Origin: an uncultured Gammaproteobacteria bacterium
Lineage (GTDB): Bacteria > Pseudomonadota > Gammaproteobacteria > Arenicellales > JAANXG01
Assembly: GCA_947259705.1 (NCBI GenBank)
Contig: CAMYNL010000009.1
Span: 2,197 to 66,196 of the forward strand
Length of the DNA: 64,000 bases
Reading direction: 5' to 3'
Shown: one piece after another, positions 1-13,611 of the stretch
How positions within the stretch are numbered: the first letter of the stretch is position 1
Layout: every line of letters begins with the position of its first letter
Notes under the pieces: generated by a model
What the model was told of the DNA's origin: nothing
Databases searched by the model: none
Seen by the model: the letters and a program-made list of their open reading frames with translations, nothing else
Position numbers and translations under genes: made by a program

Positions 1-2568
<2,568 letters not shown>

Positions 2569-2615
2569 GAACGGGGATCAGTCCGGAATATGGCGGAATT
2601 ATGGCGTGGATGTGC

Positions 2616-2903
2616 CTATTCGATGACCTTGGGCACCAGGTACAGCCCGGCCTCGACCGCCGGCGCGATGCCCTGAAAGGCCTCTCGCTGGTCCGCCTCG
2701 GTGATCTCGTCCTCGCGCAGGCGCAGGCTGCGCTCCTGCGGATGGGCCAGCGGTTCCACCCGTTCCGTGTCCGCGGCGTTCATCTGCTCGACGAGGTCCA
2801 GGATGCGCGACAACTCGTCCGCGTAGCGGTCCGCTTCCTCGTCGCCGACGTGGATGCGTGCCAGGCGGCCGATACGATAAACGGTGTCTTTTGCCAGCGC
2901 CAT
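2616..2903 (-). CDS. gatC: Glu-tRNA(Gln) amidotransferase subunit C
   Basis: 95 aa small acidic protein directly upstream of gatA, in gatCAB order. Confidence 0.9.
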   Translation of the reverse strand: MALAKDTVYRIGRLARIHVGDEEADRYADELSRILDLVEQMNAADTERVEPLAHPQERSLRLREDEITEADQREAFQGIAPAVEAGLYLVPKVIE

Positions 2904-3004
2904 GCGTGAGGGGGAGTCCTTGGGCTAAACTGGCAACTTATCATATTCAACACGCAGGTTGAACACGGTAACACCCGTTGTTAGAGTACCGCGTCTTTGT
3001 CTAA

Positions 3005-4069
<1,065 letters not shown>

Positions 4070-4139
4070 CGGACCACGTCGGCAAATGGGCCACGGCGCA
4101 GGTGCCGCGGTTCGGCATAGTCGGTAGTCGGCGGCGATA

Positions 4140-5039
4140 ATGGCGACCCGGGCCGGGCGTAGCGAGACCCTCTTTCTGCGATTACTGCTGTTGGCCGGCC
4201 TTTCGGTGACAATCATGGTCGCCGATCACCGCACTGACTATCTGCAATCCCTGCGATCCATTTTGGCGGCCGCTATTGTGCCGGTACAGTGGGTGGCGGC
4301 GGTGCCCAGCAGGGTAGTCGACTCGGTCAACTCCTGGCTGGAGTCGGAAGAAGACGTGCGCGCCAGGCTTGACCGGTTGCGCAACGAGCATGTCCAGTTG
4401 AAGGCGCAGCTGCAGCGGCTGCAGGCCATGGAATCCGAGAACGCCAGCCTGCGGCGACTGCTGGCGGCGGCGGAGCAGGTCCCGGACAAGGTGTTGATGG
4501 CGGAACTGGTCGAGGTCAGCCTGGATCCCTACACCCACAAGATCCTGGTCAACCGGGGTTTCCGTGATGGCATATACGTAGGGCAGCCGGTGCTGGACCA
4601 GGAGGGGGTGATGGGGCAGGTCACCGAGATCATGCCGTTCTCCAGCGCGGTCACGCTGATCACCGACCCCAGCCACGGACTGCCGGTACAGGTGCGCCGC
4701 AATGGGTTGCGCGCGATCGCCCTCGGTACCGGCCAGTCGGACGAGTTGAAGATCTCCTACCTGACCCCGAACGCCGACATCCAGGTCGGCGACATCTTGG
4801 TGACGTCTGGCCTCGGCGGCCGCTTCCCGCGCGGATACCCGGTGGCGGAGGTGAAGGAGTTGATCAGCGACGCCAGCGAGGCCTTCCTTCGCATAGCCGC
4901 CGACCCGGTGGCGCGGCTGGATCGCACCAATCAGGTGCTGCTGGTGTGGCATGGGCTGGCCAAGCAAGCCGACCCCGCGCAGCAGCCGGATCCGGCGGCG
5001 CAGACAGAACCACCGGAGCCGGCCGCGGCCGGGCAGTGA
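4140..5039 (+). CDS. mreC: Rod-shape protein MreC
   Basis: 299 aa; N-terminal TM helix, coiled coil (LKAQLQRLQAMESENASLRRLL), Pro/Ala/Gln-rich tail; lies between mreB and mreD. Confidence 0.9.
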   Translation: MATRAGRSETLFLRLLLLAGLSVTIMVADHRTDYLQSLRSILAAAIVPVQWVAAVPSRVVDSVNSWLESEEDVRARLDRLRNEHVQLKAQLQRLQAMESENASLRRLLAAAEQVPDKVLMAELVEVSLDPYTHKILVNRGFRDGIYVGQPVLDQEGVMGQVTEIMPFSSAVTLITDPSHGLPVQVRRNGLRAIALGTGQSDELKISYLTPNADIQVGDILVTSGLGGRFPRGYPVAEVKELISDASEAFLRIAADPVARLDRTNQVLLVWHGLAKQADPAQQPDPAAQTEPPEPAAAGQ

Positions 5040-5041
5040 GC

Positions 5042-5503
5042 ATGGTCGTTCTCCTGAGCTTCCTGATCTCCTTCGTCCTGGTCATGCTGCGCCTGCCGGA
5101 CTGGGCGATGCCGTATCAACCCGACTGGGTCGCGCTGGTATTGATTTACTGGGTGCTGGCGATGCCCCAACGCATGGGTCCGGGCATCGCCTGGGTCACC
5201 GGCCTGCTGGTGGACGTCATGCATGCCAACCTGCTGGGGATCCACGCCCTGGGGATGGCACTGCTGGCATACCTGACCTTTCGAGTACACTTGCGCATGC
5301 GGGTGTTTCCCTGGTGGCAGCAGGCGGTCGCGGTGTTCGTGCTGCTGATGATTTATCGCGCCAGTACCGGCTGGATCCGCGGCCTCGTCACGCCGCTGCA
5401 ACTAGACTACAGTTACTGGCTGCCGTGCATCGTCGGTGCGCTCATCTGGCCGTTCCTGTTTGCCGTGCTGCGCGACGCAGGGCGTTTTGCGCGGCATCTC
5501 TGA
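5042..5503 (+). CDS. mreD: Rod-shape protein MreD
   Basis: The 4946..5503 ORF is trimmed to ATG 5042 (MVVLLSFLISFVLVMLRLPDW...), just after the mreC stop. Small polytopic membrane protein. Confidence 0.8.
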   Translation: MVVLLSFLISFVLVMLRLPDWAMPYQPDWVALVLIYWVLAMPQRMGPGIAWVTGLLVDVMHANLLGIHALGMALLAYLTFRVHLRMRVFPWWQQAVAVFVLLMIYRASTGWIRGLVTPLQLDYSYWLPCIVGALIWPFLFAVLRDAGRFARHL

Positions 5504-5516
5504 ATCGACGGCGGCC

Positions 5517-7388
5517 ATGCTCAAACTCAAGGACTATATTCGTGAAACCAGCCTCATCCAGTCACGACTGATCGCGGCCTCGGTGGTCATGGTGGTGCTG
5601 TCGCTGTCACTGCTTCTTCGTCTCTACTACCTGCAGGTGACTCAGCACCAGCACTATGCGACCTTGTCCCAGGACAATCGTATCCGCTTAGTGCCGATTC
5701 CGCCGGTTCGTGGTCAGATATACGACCGCCACGGCACGATCCTGGCGGAAAATCTACCGGTCTATACGCTGGAGGTCACGCCCGACCGGGTCAGCGACAT
5801 GGACGGCCTGCTGGACCGGGTAGGACGCCTGGTGGAACTCACCGACGCCGATCTGGAACGCTTTGCCGACATGCTGCGCACGCGGCCAAGCTTCGAGACT
5901 CAGACCCTGAAGGCGGGGCTCAGTGATGACGAGGTGGCGCGGTTTGCCGTCAATCAGCACCTGTTCGATGGCGTCGATTTGCGCGCGCGGTTGCAGCGTT
6001 ACTATCCGCTGGGCGAGGACATGGTACATGTCCTGGGTTATGTCGGACGCATCAGCGAGGCCGATCTGGATACCATCGACCGCTCCGCCTATCGCGGTAC
6101 GGATTACATCGGCAAACTGGGTATCGAGGCCCGCTACGAAGAGCGGCTGCTGGGTAAGGTCGGCTATGAAAAGGTCGAGACCAACGCGCACGGCAGGATT
6201 GTGCGCACCCTGGAGCGCACCAGCCCCAGGGCCGGCAGGCATGTGTACCTCAACATCGACTCCGGCCTGCAGCGGGCGGCACGGGACTACCTCGGCGAAT
6301 TCGAAGGTTCCGTGGTGGCAATGGAGCCCGCCACTGGCGCCGTATTGGCCTTCGTCAGCAATCCGGTGTACGACCCCAATCCCTTCGTCAACGGCATCGA
6401 TACAAAGTCTTATCGGGCGCTGCGGGAGTCCGATTCGCGCCCGTTGTTGAACCGTGCTCTGAACGGGCGTTACGCCCCCGGCTCGACCATCAAGCCAGTG
6501 TTCGGCCTGGCGGCGCTGGAACATCAGCGGCACCCGGGCCACGGCACGTTCTGCCCCGGTTTCTTTCGACTCAAGGGCAGCACCCACCGCTACCGCTGCT
6601 GGAAGCGGCAGGGTCACGGCACCGTCGCCCTGCGTGATGCCATCGTGCAGTCCTGCGACGTGTATTTCTACCAGCTCTCCCACTCGCTGGGTATCGACAA
6701 CGTCAGCGAGTTCATGCTGCGTTTCGGGTTCGGCAAACCCACCGGGGTAGACCTCGATGGCGAACCGGGCGGGCTGGTGCCGTCGCGGCAGTGGAAACGG
6801 AGAGTGCGCCGGCAGCCCTGGTACCCGGGGGAAACCGTGATCACAGGAATTGGTCAGGGTTATACCCTGGCCACGCCAATTCAGATGGCTACGATAACCG
6901 CCACGCTCGCGAACCGGGGGCTGCGCATGCGCCCCCGCCTGGTGGCGGTGCTGGAGGATCCCCAAAGTCGGGAGCGCGACGTGCTGGAGCCGGAAGTGCT
7001 CGAACAGGTGCTCCTGCGCAGCGACGGGTTCTACGATCTGGTGATTTCCGCGATGCGCGACGTCGTGCATAGCCGGCGTGGCACCGCACGCGCTTCGGGA
7101 CGGGGTGCGGAGTATGAATTTGCCGGCAAGACCGGTACCGCCCAGGTCATAGGCATCGCCCAGGGCGCCCGTTACGACGAAGAGAAGATCGCCAAGAAGT
7201 TTCGCGACCATTCCTTGTTCATCGCCTTCGCACCGGTCGAAAACCCGAAGATCGCGGTGGTGGTTATCGCCGAGAACGGTGGCGGCGGCAGCCGCACCGC
7301 GGCGCCCATTGCACGCAAGGTAATGGATTACTACCTGGTCGGGCCCCCGCCACCCCCACCTCCGGAGGACAACAACGATGAAGCGTGA
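5517..7388 (+). CDS. mrdA: Penicillin-binding protein 2 (elongasome transpeptidase)
   Basis: The 5436..7388 ORF is trimmed to ATG 5517 (MLKLKDYIRE). Transpeptidase motifs GSTIKP (SxxK), SCDVYF and KTGTA. C-terminus carries a PPPPPPP run. Confidence 0.93.
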   Translation: MLKLKDYIRETSLIQSRLIAASVVMVVLSLSLLLRLYYLQVTQHQHYATLSQDNRIRLVPIPPVRGQIYDRHGTILAENLPVYTLEVTPDRVSDMDGLLDRVGRLVELTDADLERFADMLRTRPSFETQTLKAGLSDDEVARFAVNQHLFDGVDLRARLQRYYPLGEDMVHVLGYVGRISEADLDTIDRSAYRGTDYIGKLGIEARYEERLLGKVGYEKVETNAHGRIVRTLERTSPRAGRHVYLNIDSGLQRAARDYLGEFEGSVVAMEPATGAVLAFVSNPVYDPNPFVNGIDTKSYRALRESDSRPLLNRALNGRYAPGSTIKPVFGLAALEHQRHPGHGTFCPGFFRLKGSTHRYRCWKRQGHGTVALRDAIVQSCDVYFYQLSHSLGIDNVSEFMLRFGFGKPTGVDLDGEPGGLVPSRQWKRRVRRQPWYPGETVITGIGQGYTLATPIQMATITATLANRGLRMRPRLVAVLEDPQSRERDVLEPEVLEQVLLRSDGFYDLVISAMRDVVHSRRGTARASGRGAEYEFAGKTGTAQVIGIAQGARYDEEKIAKKFRDHSLFIAFAPVENPKIAVVVIAENGGGGSRTAAPIARKVMDYYLVGPPPPPPPEDNNDEA

Positions 7389-8463
7389 AGAACTCTGGCA
7401 CCTGGACCCGCCGCTGTTGACCGGCGTGTTGACGCTTTGTGCCCTCAGCCTGGTGATCCTTTACAGTGCCGGGGGTGAGAACTGGTCGCTGCTGCTGCGC
7501 CAGGGCATGCGCATGGTGCTGGCGGTGATGGTGATGGTGGCGCTGGCCCAGGTCACGCCGGAGACCTTGTCGCGCTGGGCGCCGTGGGTGTTCGGGATCG
7601 GCCTGGCGCTGCTGCTGCTGGTGCTGCTGGTGGGAATCGTCGGCAAGGGTGCGCAGCGCTGGCTGAACCTGGGCCTGTTCCGGTTCCAACCGGCGGAGAT
7701 CATGAAACTAGGCGTACCGATGATGGTGGCCTGGGCGTTGACGCGCAACCCGCTGCCGCCGCGATTGCGGGATCTGTCACTGGCAGCGGTCGTCGTTGCG
7801 GTGCCCTCGGCACTGGTGGTACTGCAGCCCGACCTCGGCACCGCCCTGCTGATCGCCTCGTCCGGCGTGCTGGTGATTTTTCTCGCCGGGATCCGCTGGC
7901 GCTGGCTGGGGCTGTTGGCACTGGGAGCAGCCGCGGCGGCCCCCTTGATGTGGTTCTACGTACTGCGCGATTATCAGCGCAGTCGCATCATCACGCTGTT
8001 CGATCCCTGGTCGGACCCGCTGGGCGCCGGCTACCACACCATCCAGTCCATCATCGCGGTGGGCTCCGGGGGTGTCAACGGCAAGGGCTGGCTGAACGGC
8101 AGCCAGTCACAGCTCGAGTTCATACCGGAGCGGGGTACGGACTTCATCTTCGCGGTCTATGCCGAGGAGTTTGGTTTGATCGGCGCCAGCATCATACTAG
8201 GGCTTTACCTGTTCGTGGTGGGGAGAGGTCTGTACATCTCTTTTTACGCCCAGGATACCTTCTCGCGCCTGGTGGCGGGCAGCCTGTCGCTGACGTTTTT
8301 CTTCTATCTATTTGTGAACATGGGCATGGTATCCGGTATCCTGCCGGTGGTCGGCGTGCCGCTCCCATTGATCAGCTACGGGGGAACGTCGATGGTCACC
8401 TTGCTGGCCGGATTCGGCATACTCATGAGCATCCAAACCCATCGCAAACTGATGCCGCAATGA
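7378..8463 (+). CDS. rodA: SEDS peptidoglycan polymerase RodA
   Basis: 361 aa polytopic membrane protein; SEDS-typical segment GSGGVNGKGWLNGSQSQLEFIPERGTDFIFAVYAEEFG; overlaps the mrdA end by 11 nt. Confidence 0.95.
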   Translation: MKREELWHLDPPLLTGVLTLCALSLVILYSAGGENWSLLLRQGMRMVLAVMVMVALAQVTPETLSRWAPWVFGIGLALLLLVLLVGIVGKGAQRWLNLGLFRFQPAEIMKLGVPMMVAWALTRNPLPPRLRDLSLAAVVVAVPSALVVLQPDLGTALLIASSGVLVIFLAGIRWRWLGLLALGAAAAAPLMWFYVLRDYQRSRIITLFDPWSDPLGAGYHTIQSIIAVGSGGVNGKGWLNGSQSQLEFIPERGTDFIFAVYAEEFGLIGASIILGLYLFVVGRGLYISFYAQDTFSRLVAGSLSLTFFFYLFVNMGMVSGILPVVGVPLPLISYGGTSMVTLLAGFGILMSIQTHRKLMPQ

Positions 8464-8464
8464 T

Positions 8465-9451
8465 ATGATGAGAATTTTGATCAGCCTTTTGGCATTCACG
8501 CTGACGGCGGCATGGCGCCCGGCACTGGCACTGGAGGTCGCCAAGCACGAGGACATCGTGCGGCTTATCGACGAGCTGGTCAGCGAGCAACGGTTCTCCG
8601 AGCAGGAACTGCGTGACATCTTTGCCCGGGTGCGGTTGCGTCCCAACGTGGTCAAGGTGATGTCCAAGCCGTCCGAGCGGCTGCCGTGGCACCGTTACCG
8701 TAAGTTGTTCATCACGCCGGTGCAGATCGACGACGGCGTCGACTTCTGGCGCGCCCACGATCAGACCCTGCAGCGGGCCGAGCAGGACTTTGGCGTGCCC
8801 GCGGAGGTCATTGTCGCCATCATCGGTGTCGAGACGCGTTATGGGCGCAACCGCGGCAGCTACCCCGTCATCGATTCATTGACCACGTTGACCCTGCAGT
8901 ATCCGCGCCGCAGCAACTTCTTCCGCAGCGAGCTGCGACACTTCCTGGTGCTGACCCGGGACGAGGGACTGGACCCGCTGGGCATTACCGGGTCCTATGC
9001 TGGCGCCATCGGTATTCCCCAGTTCATGCCTAGCAGCTACCGGGACTACGCGGTCGATTTCAGCGGCAACGGGCGGCGGGACCTGGTCAACGAGACCGAG
9101 GACGCCATCGGCAGCGTGGCCAACTACCTGAAGCGTTATCGCTGGCAGGCTAACGCCCCGATCGTCGCCGACGCGCGTACGACGGCGACCGTCGCCGCGC
9201 CGCTGATACACAAGAAGCTGCGTCCGAACACTACGGTGGCGGCGCTGCGCAAGGCCGGGGTGAAGACCGCAGACGATGTCGACGGCAGCCTGCAGGCCGC
9301 ACTGGTGCAGCTGGACGGCGCGGAATCGCCCATCTGGCGCGTGGCGTTCGCGAACTTCTACGCCATCACGCGGTATAACCCAAGTGTGAACTACGCAATG
9401 GCGGTGTATGAACTCAGCGTGGCGGTGGCGCGTCGCAGGGCGGCGGATTGA
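8465..9451 (+). CDS. mltB: Lytic murein transglycosylase B family
   Basis: 328 aa; signal peptide; IIGVETRYG catalytic-Glu region and GIPQFMPSSY motif; lies after rodA as in Pseudomonas sltB1. Confidence 0.85.
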   Translation: MMRILISLLAFTLTAAWRPALALEVAKHEDIVRLIDELVSEQRFSEQELRDIFARVRLRPNVVKVMSKPSERLPWHRYRKLFITPVQIDDGVDFWRAHDQTLQRAEQDFGVPAEVIVAIIGVETRYGRNRGSYPVIDSLTTLTLQYPRRSNFFRSELRHFLVLTRDEGLDPLGITGSYAGAIGIPQFMPSSYRDYAVDFSGNGRRDLVNETEDAIGSVANYLKRYRWQANAPIVADARTTATVAAPLIHKKLRPNTTVAALRKAGVKTADDVDGSLQAALVQLDGAESPIWRVAFANFYAITRYNPSVNYAMAVYELSVAVARRRAAD

Positions 9452-9454
9452 GTC

Positions 9455-10279
9455 ATGGCGCGTATGCCGGTCACAACACCGGTGAGCGCGCAGCGGCTGC
9501 TGCTGAGCCTGGTGCTGGCAGTGTTGCTGGCGGCATGCGGGTCCCGTGGCGGCTATTACCAGGACGATGGACCGCCGCGCCGGCCGCAAGTGGACCCGGA
9601 CACCGTGCCCGACGCCGTGCCGCGTCGCGAACCCCACAGCCGTACCGGCAACAGGCCCTATCAAGCGCTGGGCAAGACCTACTATCCCATGTCCGTTGCC
9701 GACGGCTACCGGGAGCGCGGTGTGGCGTCGTGGTACGGGCGTAAGTTCCACGGCAAGCGGACCTCCAGTGGCGAGACCTACAACATGTACGCCATGACCG
9801 CCGCTCACCGCACGCTGCCGCTGCCGTCGTATGTGCGCGTGCAGAACCTTCGCAATGGCCGCGAGGTGATAGTGAAGGTGAATGATCGCGGTCCGTTTCT
9901 GCACAACCGCGTGATTGATCTGTCCTACGTGGCCGCCCACAAGCTAGGCATCGTCGCTACCGGCACCGGCCTGGTAGAAGTGAACGTGGTACCGCCGGGT
10001 GGACCGACGTCGATATCGCGCGCGACCACCGTGGCGGCGTCGCCCCGGGGCGACGATCCGCTGCTGTATGTGCAGTTCGGCGCCTTCGCCCTGCGCGATA
10101 ATGCCGAGTCCATGCGGCGTAGGCTGCGCGGGCTTTACACCCAGCCGGTGCGGGTGACCACCGACCGTGACCGACTCTATCGAGTGCGCCTGGGCCCAAT
10201 GTCGTCGGTCGAGGCTGCCGACGACGCCATCGGCCGCGCACAGCATTATGGTTATGATCCGCTGATGATTATCGAATGA
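9455..10279 (+). CDS. rlpA: Septal-ring lytic transglycosylase RlpA (lipoprotein with SPOR domain)
   Basis: 274 aa; lipobox LLAAC; DPBB region ASWYGRKFHGKRTSSGETYNMYAMTAAHRTLPLPSYVRVQNL...VNDRGPF; SPOR-like C-terminus (YVQFGAFALRDNAESM). Confidence 0.92.
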   Translation: MARMPVTTPVSAQRLLLSLVLAVLLAACGSRGGYYQDDGPPRRPQVDPDTVPDAVPRREPHSRTGNRPYQALGKTYYPMSVADGYRERGVASWYGRKFHGKRTSSGETYNMYAMTAAHRTLPLPSYVRVQNLRNGREVIVKVNDRGPFLHNRVIDLSYVAAHKLGIVATGTGLVEVNVVPPGGPTSISRATTVAASPRGDDPLLYVQFGAFALRDNAESMRRRLRGLYTQPVRVTTDRDRLYRVRLGPMSSVEAADDAIGRAQHYGYDPLMIIE

Positions 10280-11466
10280 AATACGAAGCACACGTTCCGC
10301 CGATGTTTATCACCGTGATCCGCTTACTGACCATCTTCCTGTTGCTGCTTTCGCCGTTCCAGCACGCGCACGCCGGCGCCATGCCCGACCCAGTCAAGTC
10401 CTCGCTGCCTCCGCCTGCGTTGACCGCAAAGTCCTGGCTGTTGCTCGACTACAACACAGGCTGGGTGCTGGGCGAGAAGGAGGGCGATATGCGCATCGAG
10501 CCCGCCAGCCTGAGTAAGCTGATGACCGCGTACGTAGTGTTCAGGCAGATCAGCAAGGGCGCGCTGAAACTGGATGATCAGGTCCATATCAGCAAGAAGG
10601 CCTGGCGCACCGAGGGGTCGCGCATGTTTGTCGAAGTCAACACCCAGGTGCCGGTGAAGGAACTGATGCAGGGTCTGATCATTCAATCCGGCAACGATGC
10701 AGCCGTGGCGCTGGCAGAGCACGTCGCCGGTACCGAGGAGGCATTTGCCGCGCTGATGAACGAACACGCGCGCAGGCTGGGTCTCCGGGAGACCCAGTTC
10801 CGCAACGCTGCCGGCCTGCCCGACCCGGAGCATTACAGTTCGGCGCGCGATGTATCGCTGATCGCGGCGGCGATCATCCGCGAGTTCCCCGAGTTCTATA
10901 AGTGGTACTCGGTCCGTGAATACACCTACAACGACATCACCCAGCAGAACCGCAACATCCTGCTGTGGCGCGATCAGAGCGTGGACGGCGTGAAGACCGG
11001 TTATACGAGCGCGGCGGGTTATTGCCTGGTCGGTTCGGCCAGCAAGGACGGCATGCGCTTGATCGCCACCGTTACCGGCACCGACAGCAAAAAGCAGCGG
11101 GCAAAGGAAGTGCATGCCCTGCTGAAGTACGGTTTTGCCAGCTATGAGACCAAGAAGCTCTTCGATGCCGGTGCCGCGACCGCGCAGGTCAAGGTGTTCA
11201 AGGGCGAGACCGCCGACGTGCCGCTGGGTGTCACGGAACCACTGTTCGTCACCGTGCCCCGCGGTAAGGCAGCCGGGCTGCAGGCCGATCTGAACGTACC
11301 CGAGTCCTTCATCGCGCCGGTGGACAGCGGTCAGGCGCTGGGTACGGTAAAGGTCTCACTGGCGGGCGAGGAACTGATGCAGCGTCCGCTGGTGGCGCTG
11401 GCGGCGGTGCCGGAAGGCAGCTGGTGGCAACGGGCCATCGATACGGTGTTATTATGGTTTGAATAG
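10276..11466 (+). CDS. dacC: D-alanyl-D-alanine carboxypeptidase (PBP5/6 family)
   Basis: 396 aa; signal peptide; SxxK (ASLSKLMT), SxN (SGND) and KTG (VKTGYT) motifs; ATGA overlap with rlpA. Confidence 0.9.
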   Translation: MKYEAHVPPMFITVIRLLTIFLLLLSPFQHAHAGAMPDPVKSSLPPPALTAKSWLLLDYNTGWVLGEKEGDMRIEPASLSKLMTAYVVFRQISKGALKLDDQVHISKKAWRTEGSRMFVEVNTQVPVKELMQGLIIQSGNDAAVALAEHVAGTEEAFAALMNEHARRLGLRETQFRNAAGLPDPEHYSSARDVSLIAAAIIREFPEFYKWYSVREYTYNDITQQNRNILLWRDQSVDGVKTGYTSAAGYCLVGSASKDGMRLIATVTGTDSKKQRAKEVHALLKYGFASYETKKLFDAGAATAQVKVFKGETADVPLGVTEPLFVTVPRGKAAGLQADLNVPESFIAPVDSGQALGTVKVSLAGEELMQRPLVALAAVPEGSWWQRAIDTVLLWFE

Positions 11467-12357
11467 GTGATCGGCGTGTCGCAAATGTTCCAGCATGTCC
11501 AGCGTGTGTACTTAAACGGGGAGTTCACGGCCCCGGCGGAAGCCACGGTATCGGCCTTCGATCGCGGCTTCATTTTCGGCGACGGCATCTACGAGGTGAT
11601 ACCGGCATACGGCGGCAGGCCTTTCAGGTGGCACGAGCACCTGCAGCGACTGAACAGGAACCTGGCCGTGATGGGTATCCCGCGGCCCCTCGATACCGCC
11701 TGCTGGGAGGAAGTGGCCGCTGCGCTGCTTGATGTCCCGGGTCCAGCGGACCTCTACCTGTATCTGCAGGTGACGCGAGGCGTGGCGCCGCGCGACCACC
11801 TGTTCCCGGCGCGGACCGAACCCACAGTGTTTGCTTATTCCAACCTGCTGTCGCCAGTTCCCGCCGATCAGCTCGAGCAGGGTGTCGCCGTCATTACCCT
11901 GCCCGAGATCCGCTGGCAGCGCTGCGATTTGAAGACCACTTCCCTGATCGCCAACGTGTGGCTGCGGCAGCAGGCAGACGATGCCGGGGCCGCGGAGGCC
12001 ATCCTTGTGCGCGATGGCGAAGTCACCGAGGGTTCAGCGACCAACGTATTTGCCGTCATGGACGGCGAGGTCATCACCCCGCCGCTCAGTAACGCTCTGC
12101 TGCCAGGCATTACGCGCAACCTGGTGGTGGAGCTGATGCAAAGATTCGGTGTCAGCCACCGCGAACAGGCGTTGAGCAGGGAACAACTTCTGAGCGCCCG
12201 CGAATGCTGGATCACCAGCTCCACCAAGGAAGTGTTGCCGGTAACCAGGATCGACGGTGAACCGGTCGGGGAGGGTAGGCCGGGCCCATTGTTCCGGCGC
12301 GTTTACGACCTGTTTCAGCGCTACAAACAGGAGTGCCGGGCGGGCAAGACCGCATGA
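11467..12357 (+). CDS. Class IV aminotransferase (D-amino-acid or branched-chain type)
   Basis: 296 aa; VYLNGEF...FDRGFIFGDGIYEV N-terminal pattern of fold-type IV PLP enzymes. The true start may be ATG 11485. Confidence 0.8.
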   Translation: MIGVSQMFQHVQRVYLNGEFTAPAEATVSAFDRGFIFGDGIYEVIPAYGGRPFRWHEHLQRLNRNLAVMGIPRPLDTACWEEVAAALLDVPGPADLYLYLQVTRGVAPRDHLFPARTEPTVFAYSNLLSPVPADQLEQGVAVITLPEIRWQRCDLKTTSLIANVWLRQQADDAGAAEAILVRDGEVTEGSATNVFAVMDGEVITPPLSNALLPGITRNLVVELMQRFGVSHREQALSREQLLSARECWITSSTKEVLPVTRIDGEPVGEGRPGPLFRRVYDLFQRYKQECRAGKTA

Positions 12358-12680
12358 ACGGATCACGCGGGATGGATGGCGGTAATGGTAAGGGCAATGG
12401 CGGCGCGGGCGCGGATCACGATCCCTTTGACCTGCTGGAGTTCCCGTGCCGCTTCGAAATCAAGGCGATGGGACGCCATAGCAGTCGTTTCGACGCACTG
12501 GTCCACAACATCGTGTCCCGCCATATCGCCGGCGACGATCTACTGCACAGTCAGCGCCGCCCCAGCCGGCATGGCAAATACGTGTCGGTTACCTGCATCA
12601 TCCGCGCCTCCAGCAAGGGACAGATCCGGGCCATATACGCCGAGCTGGCCGAATGCCCAGACGTGCTGATGACCCTCTAG
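12354..12680 (+). CDS. ybeD: YbeD/DUF493 family protein
   Basis: FPCRFEIKAMG...YVSVTCIIRASSKGQIRAIYAEL pattern. Start trimmed to the ATG forming an ATGA overlap with the upstream stop. Conserved position before lipB. Confidence 0.8.
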   Translation: MNGSRGMDGGNGKGNGGAGADHDPFDLLEFPCRFEIKAMGRHSSRFDALVHNIVSRHIAGDDLLHSQRRPSRHGKYVSVTCIIRASSKGQIRAIYAELAECPDVLMTL

Positions 12681-13324
12681 GCGGTTTGCCGACGCAGGCG
12701 CGCCGGGGGCCGGCCATCAGGGTTCGGGATCTGGGTCTGGTGGAGTACGAACCCACCTGGCAGGCGATGAAGGCGTTCACCGCCCGGCGCCACGCCGACA
12801 CCGACGACGAAATCTGGCTGCTGCAGCATCCTCCGGTGTACACCCAGGGCCTGAGCTGTGACAGCCGGCCGCCCGCCGATTCTCGGATCCCGGTGGTTGC
12901 CACTGATCGCGGCGGTCAAATCACCTATCACGGACCGGGCCAGGTCGTAGCCTACGCGCTGATCGACATCAAGCGGCGTAGGCGCGGCCCGAAGTGGCTG
13001 GTCGAGCTGCTCGAGCAGGCGGTGATCGAGCTGCTCGCCAAGCATGGCATTGACGCCGGCCGGCGCCCGAGTGCCCCCGGCGTCTATGTGGCCGGGCGTA
13101 AGATCGCGGCGCTGGGTCTGCGGGTGCGTAAAGGGGCCGCCTACCACGGTGTCAGCCTCAACGTGGACATGGATCTGGCGCCGTTCCGCGTTATCGATCC
13201 CTGCGGATACCCGGGCCTGGAGGTCACCCAGGTCAAGGACCTGGTCGCCGGTGTACCGGTGGCGGCGGCCCAGCAGGCCTTGGCCGACAGGATCCTGGAT
13301 CTGCTGAGCCGGGACGAAGGCTAG
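12653..13324 (+). CDS. lipB: Octanoyltransferase LipB
   Basis: 223 aa; GGQITYHGPGQVVAY, KIAALGLRVRKGAAYHG and IDPCGY motifs. Start uncertain (alternative TTG near 12686). Confidence 0.92.
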   Translation: MPRRADDPLGGLPTQARRGPAIRVRDLGLVEYEPTWQAMKAFTARRHADTDDEIWLLQHPPVYTQGLSCDSRPPADSRIPVVATDRGGQITYHGPGQVVAYALIDIKRRRRGPKWLVELLEQAVIELLAKHGIDAGRRPSAPGVYVAGRKIAALGLRVRKGAAYHGVSLNVDMDLAPFRVIDPCGYPGLEVTQVKDLVAGVPVAAAQQALADRILDLLSRDEG

Positions 13325-13611
13325 CCCGCTGATGGCACCAAGGCGGCGAAAAGAGAAACGAAGAATCTGTTTGCATGTGGAAATTCGCGCAATGTCCGGT
13401 ATAACAGTTCGTATCCGGGTATAAGCGGGCTGGCGCGTCGCTGGTCGTGCGGGTCAGGTCGCCCGTGGAATGCGCCGGTATTGCTGAGGGCTCAGGTTGC
13501 GGCTGAAACGGCCCGGATCGGTCGCCGCCGTCCCCGCCCTGCTTCTCGTTTCGGGCCGGCACTTCCCGCTAGCGGCCGACAGTTTTCCAGGACCCTGGCG
13601 AGCCTTACCGG

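Noticed and set aside
13454-13519. A reverse-frame peptide DPGRFSRNLSPQQYRRIPRAT* resembles the C-terminal FSRxF..SPxxYRR tail of AraC/XylS regulators, so it could be a gene remnant.
   Set aside because: It is about 20 residues long, lacks part of the motif, and has no upstream continuation in frame. It cannot be told apart from chance without a database alignment.
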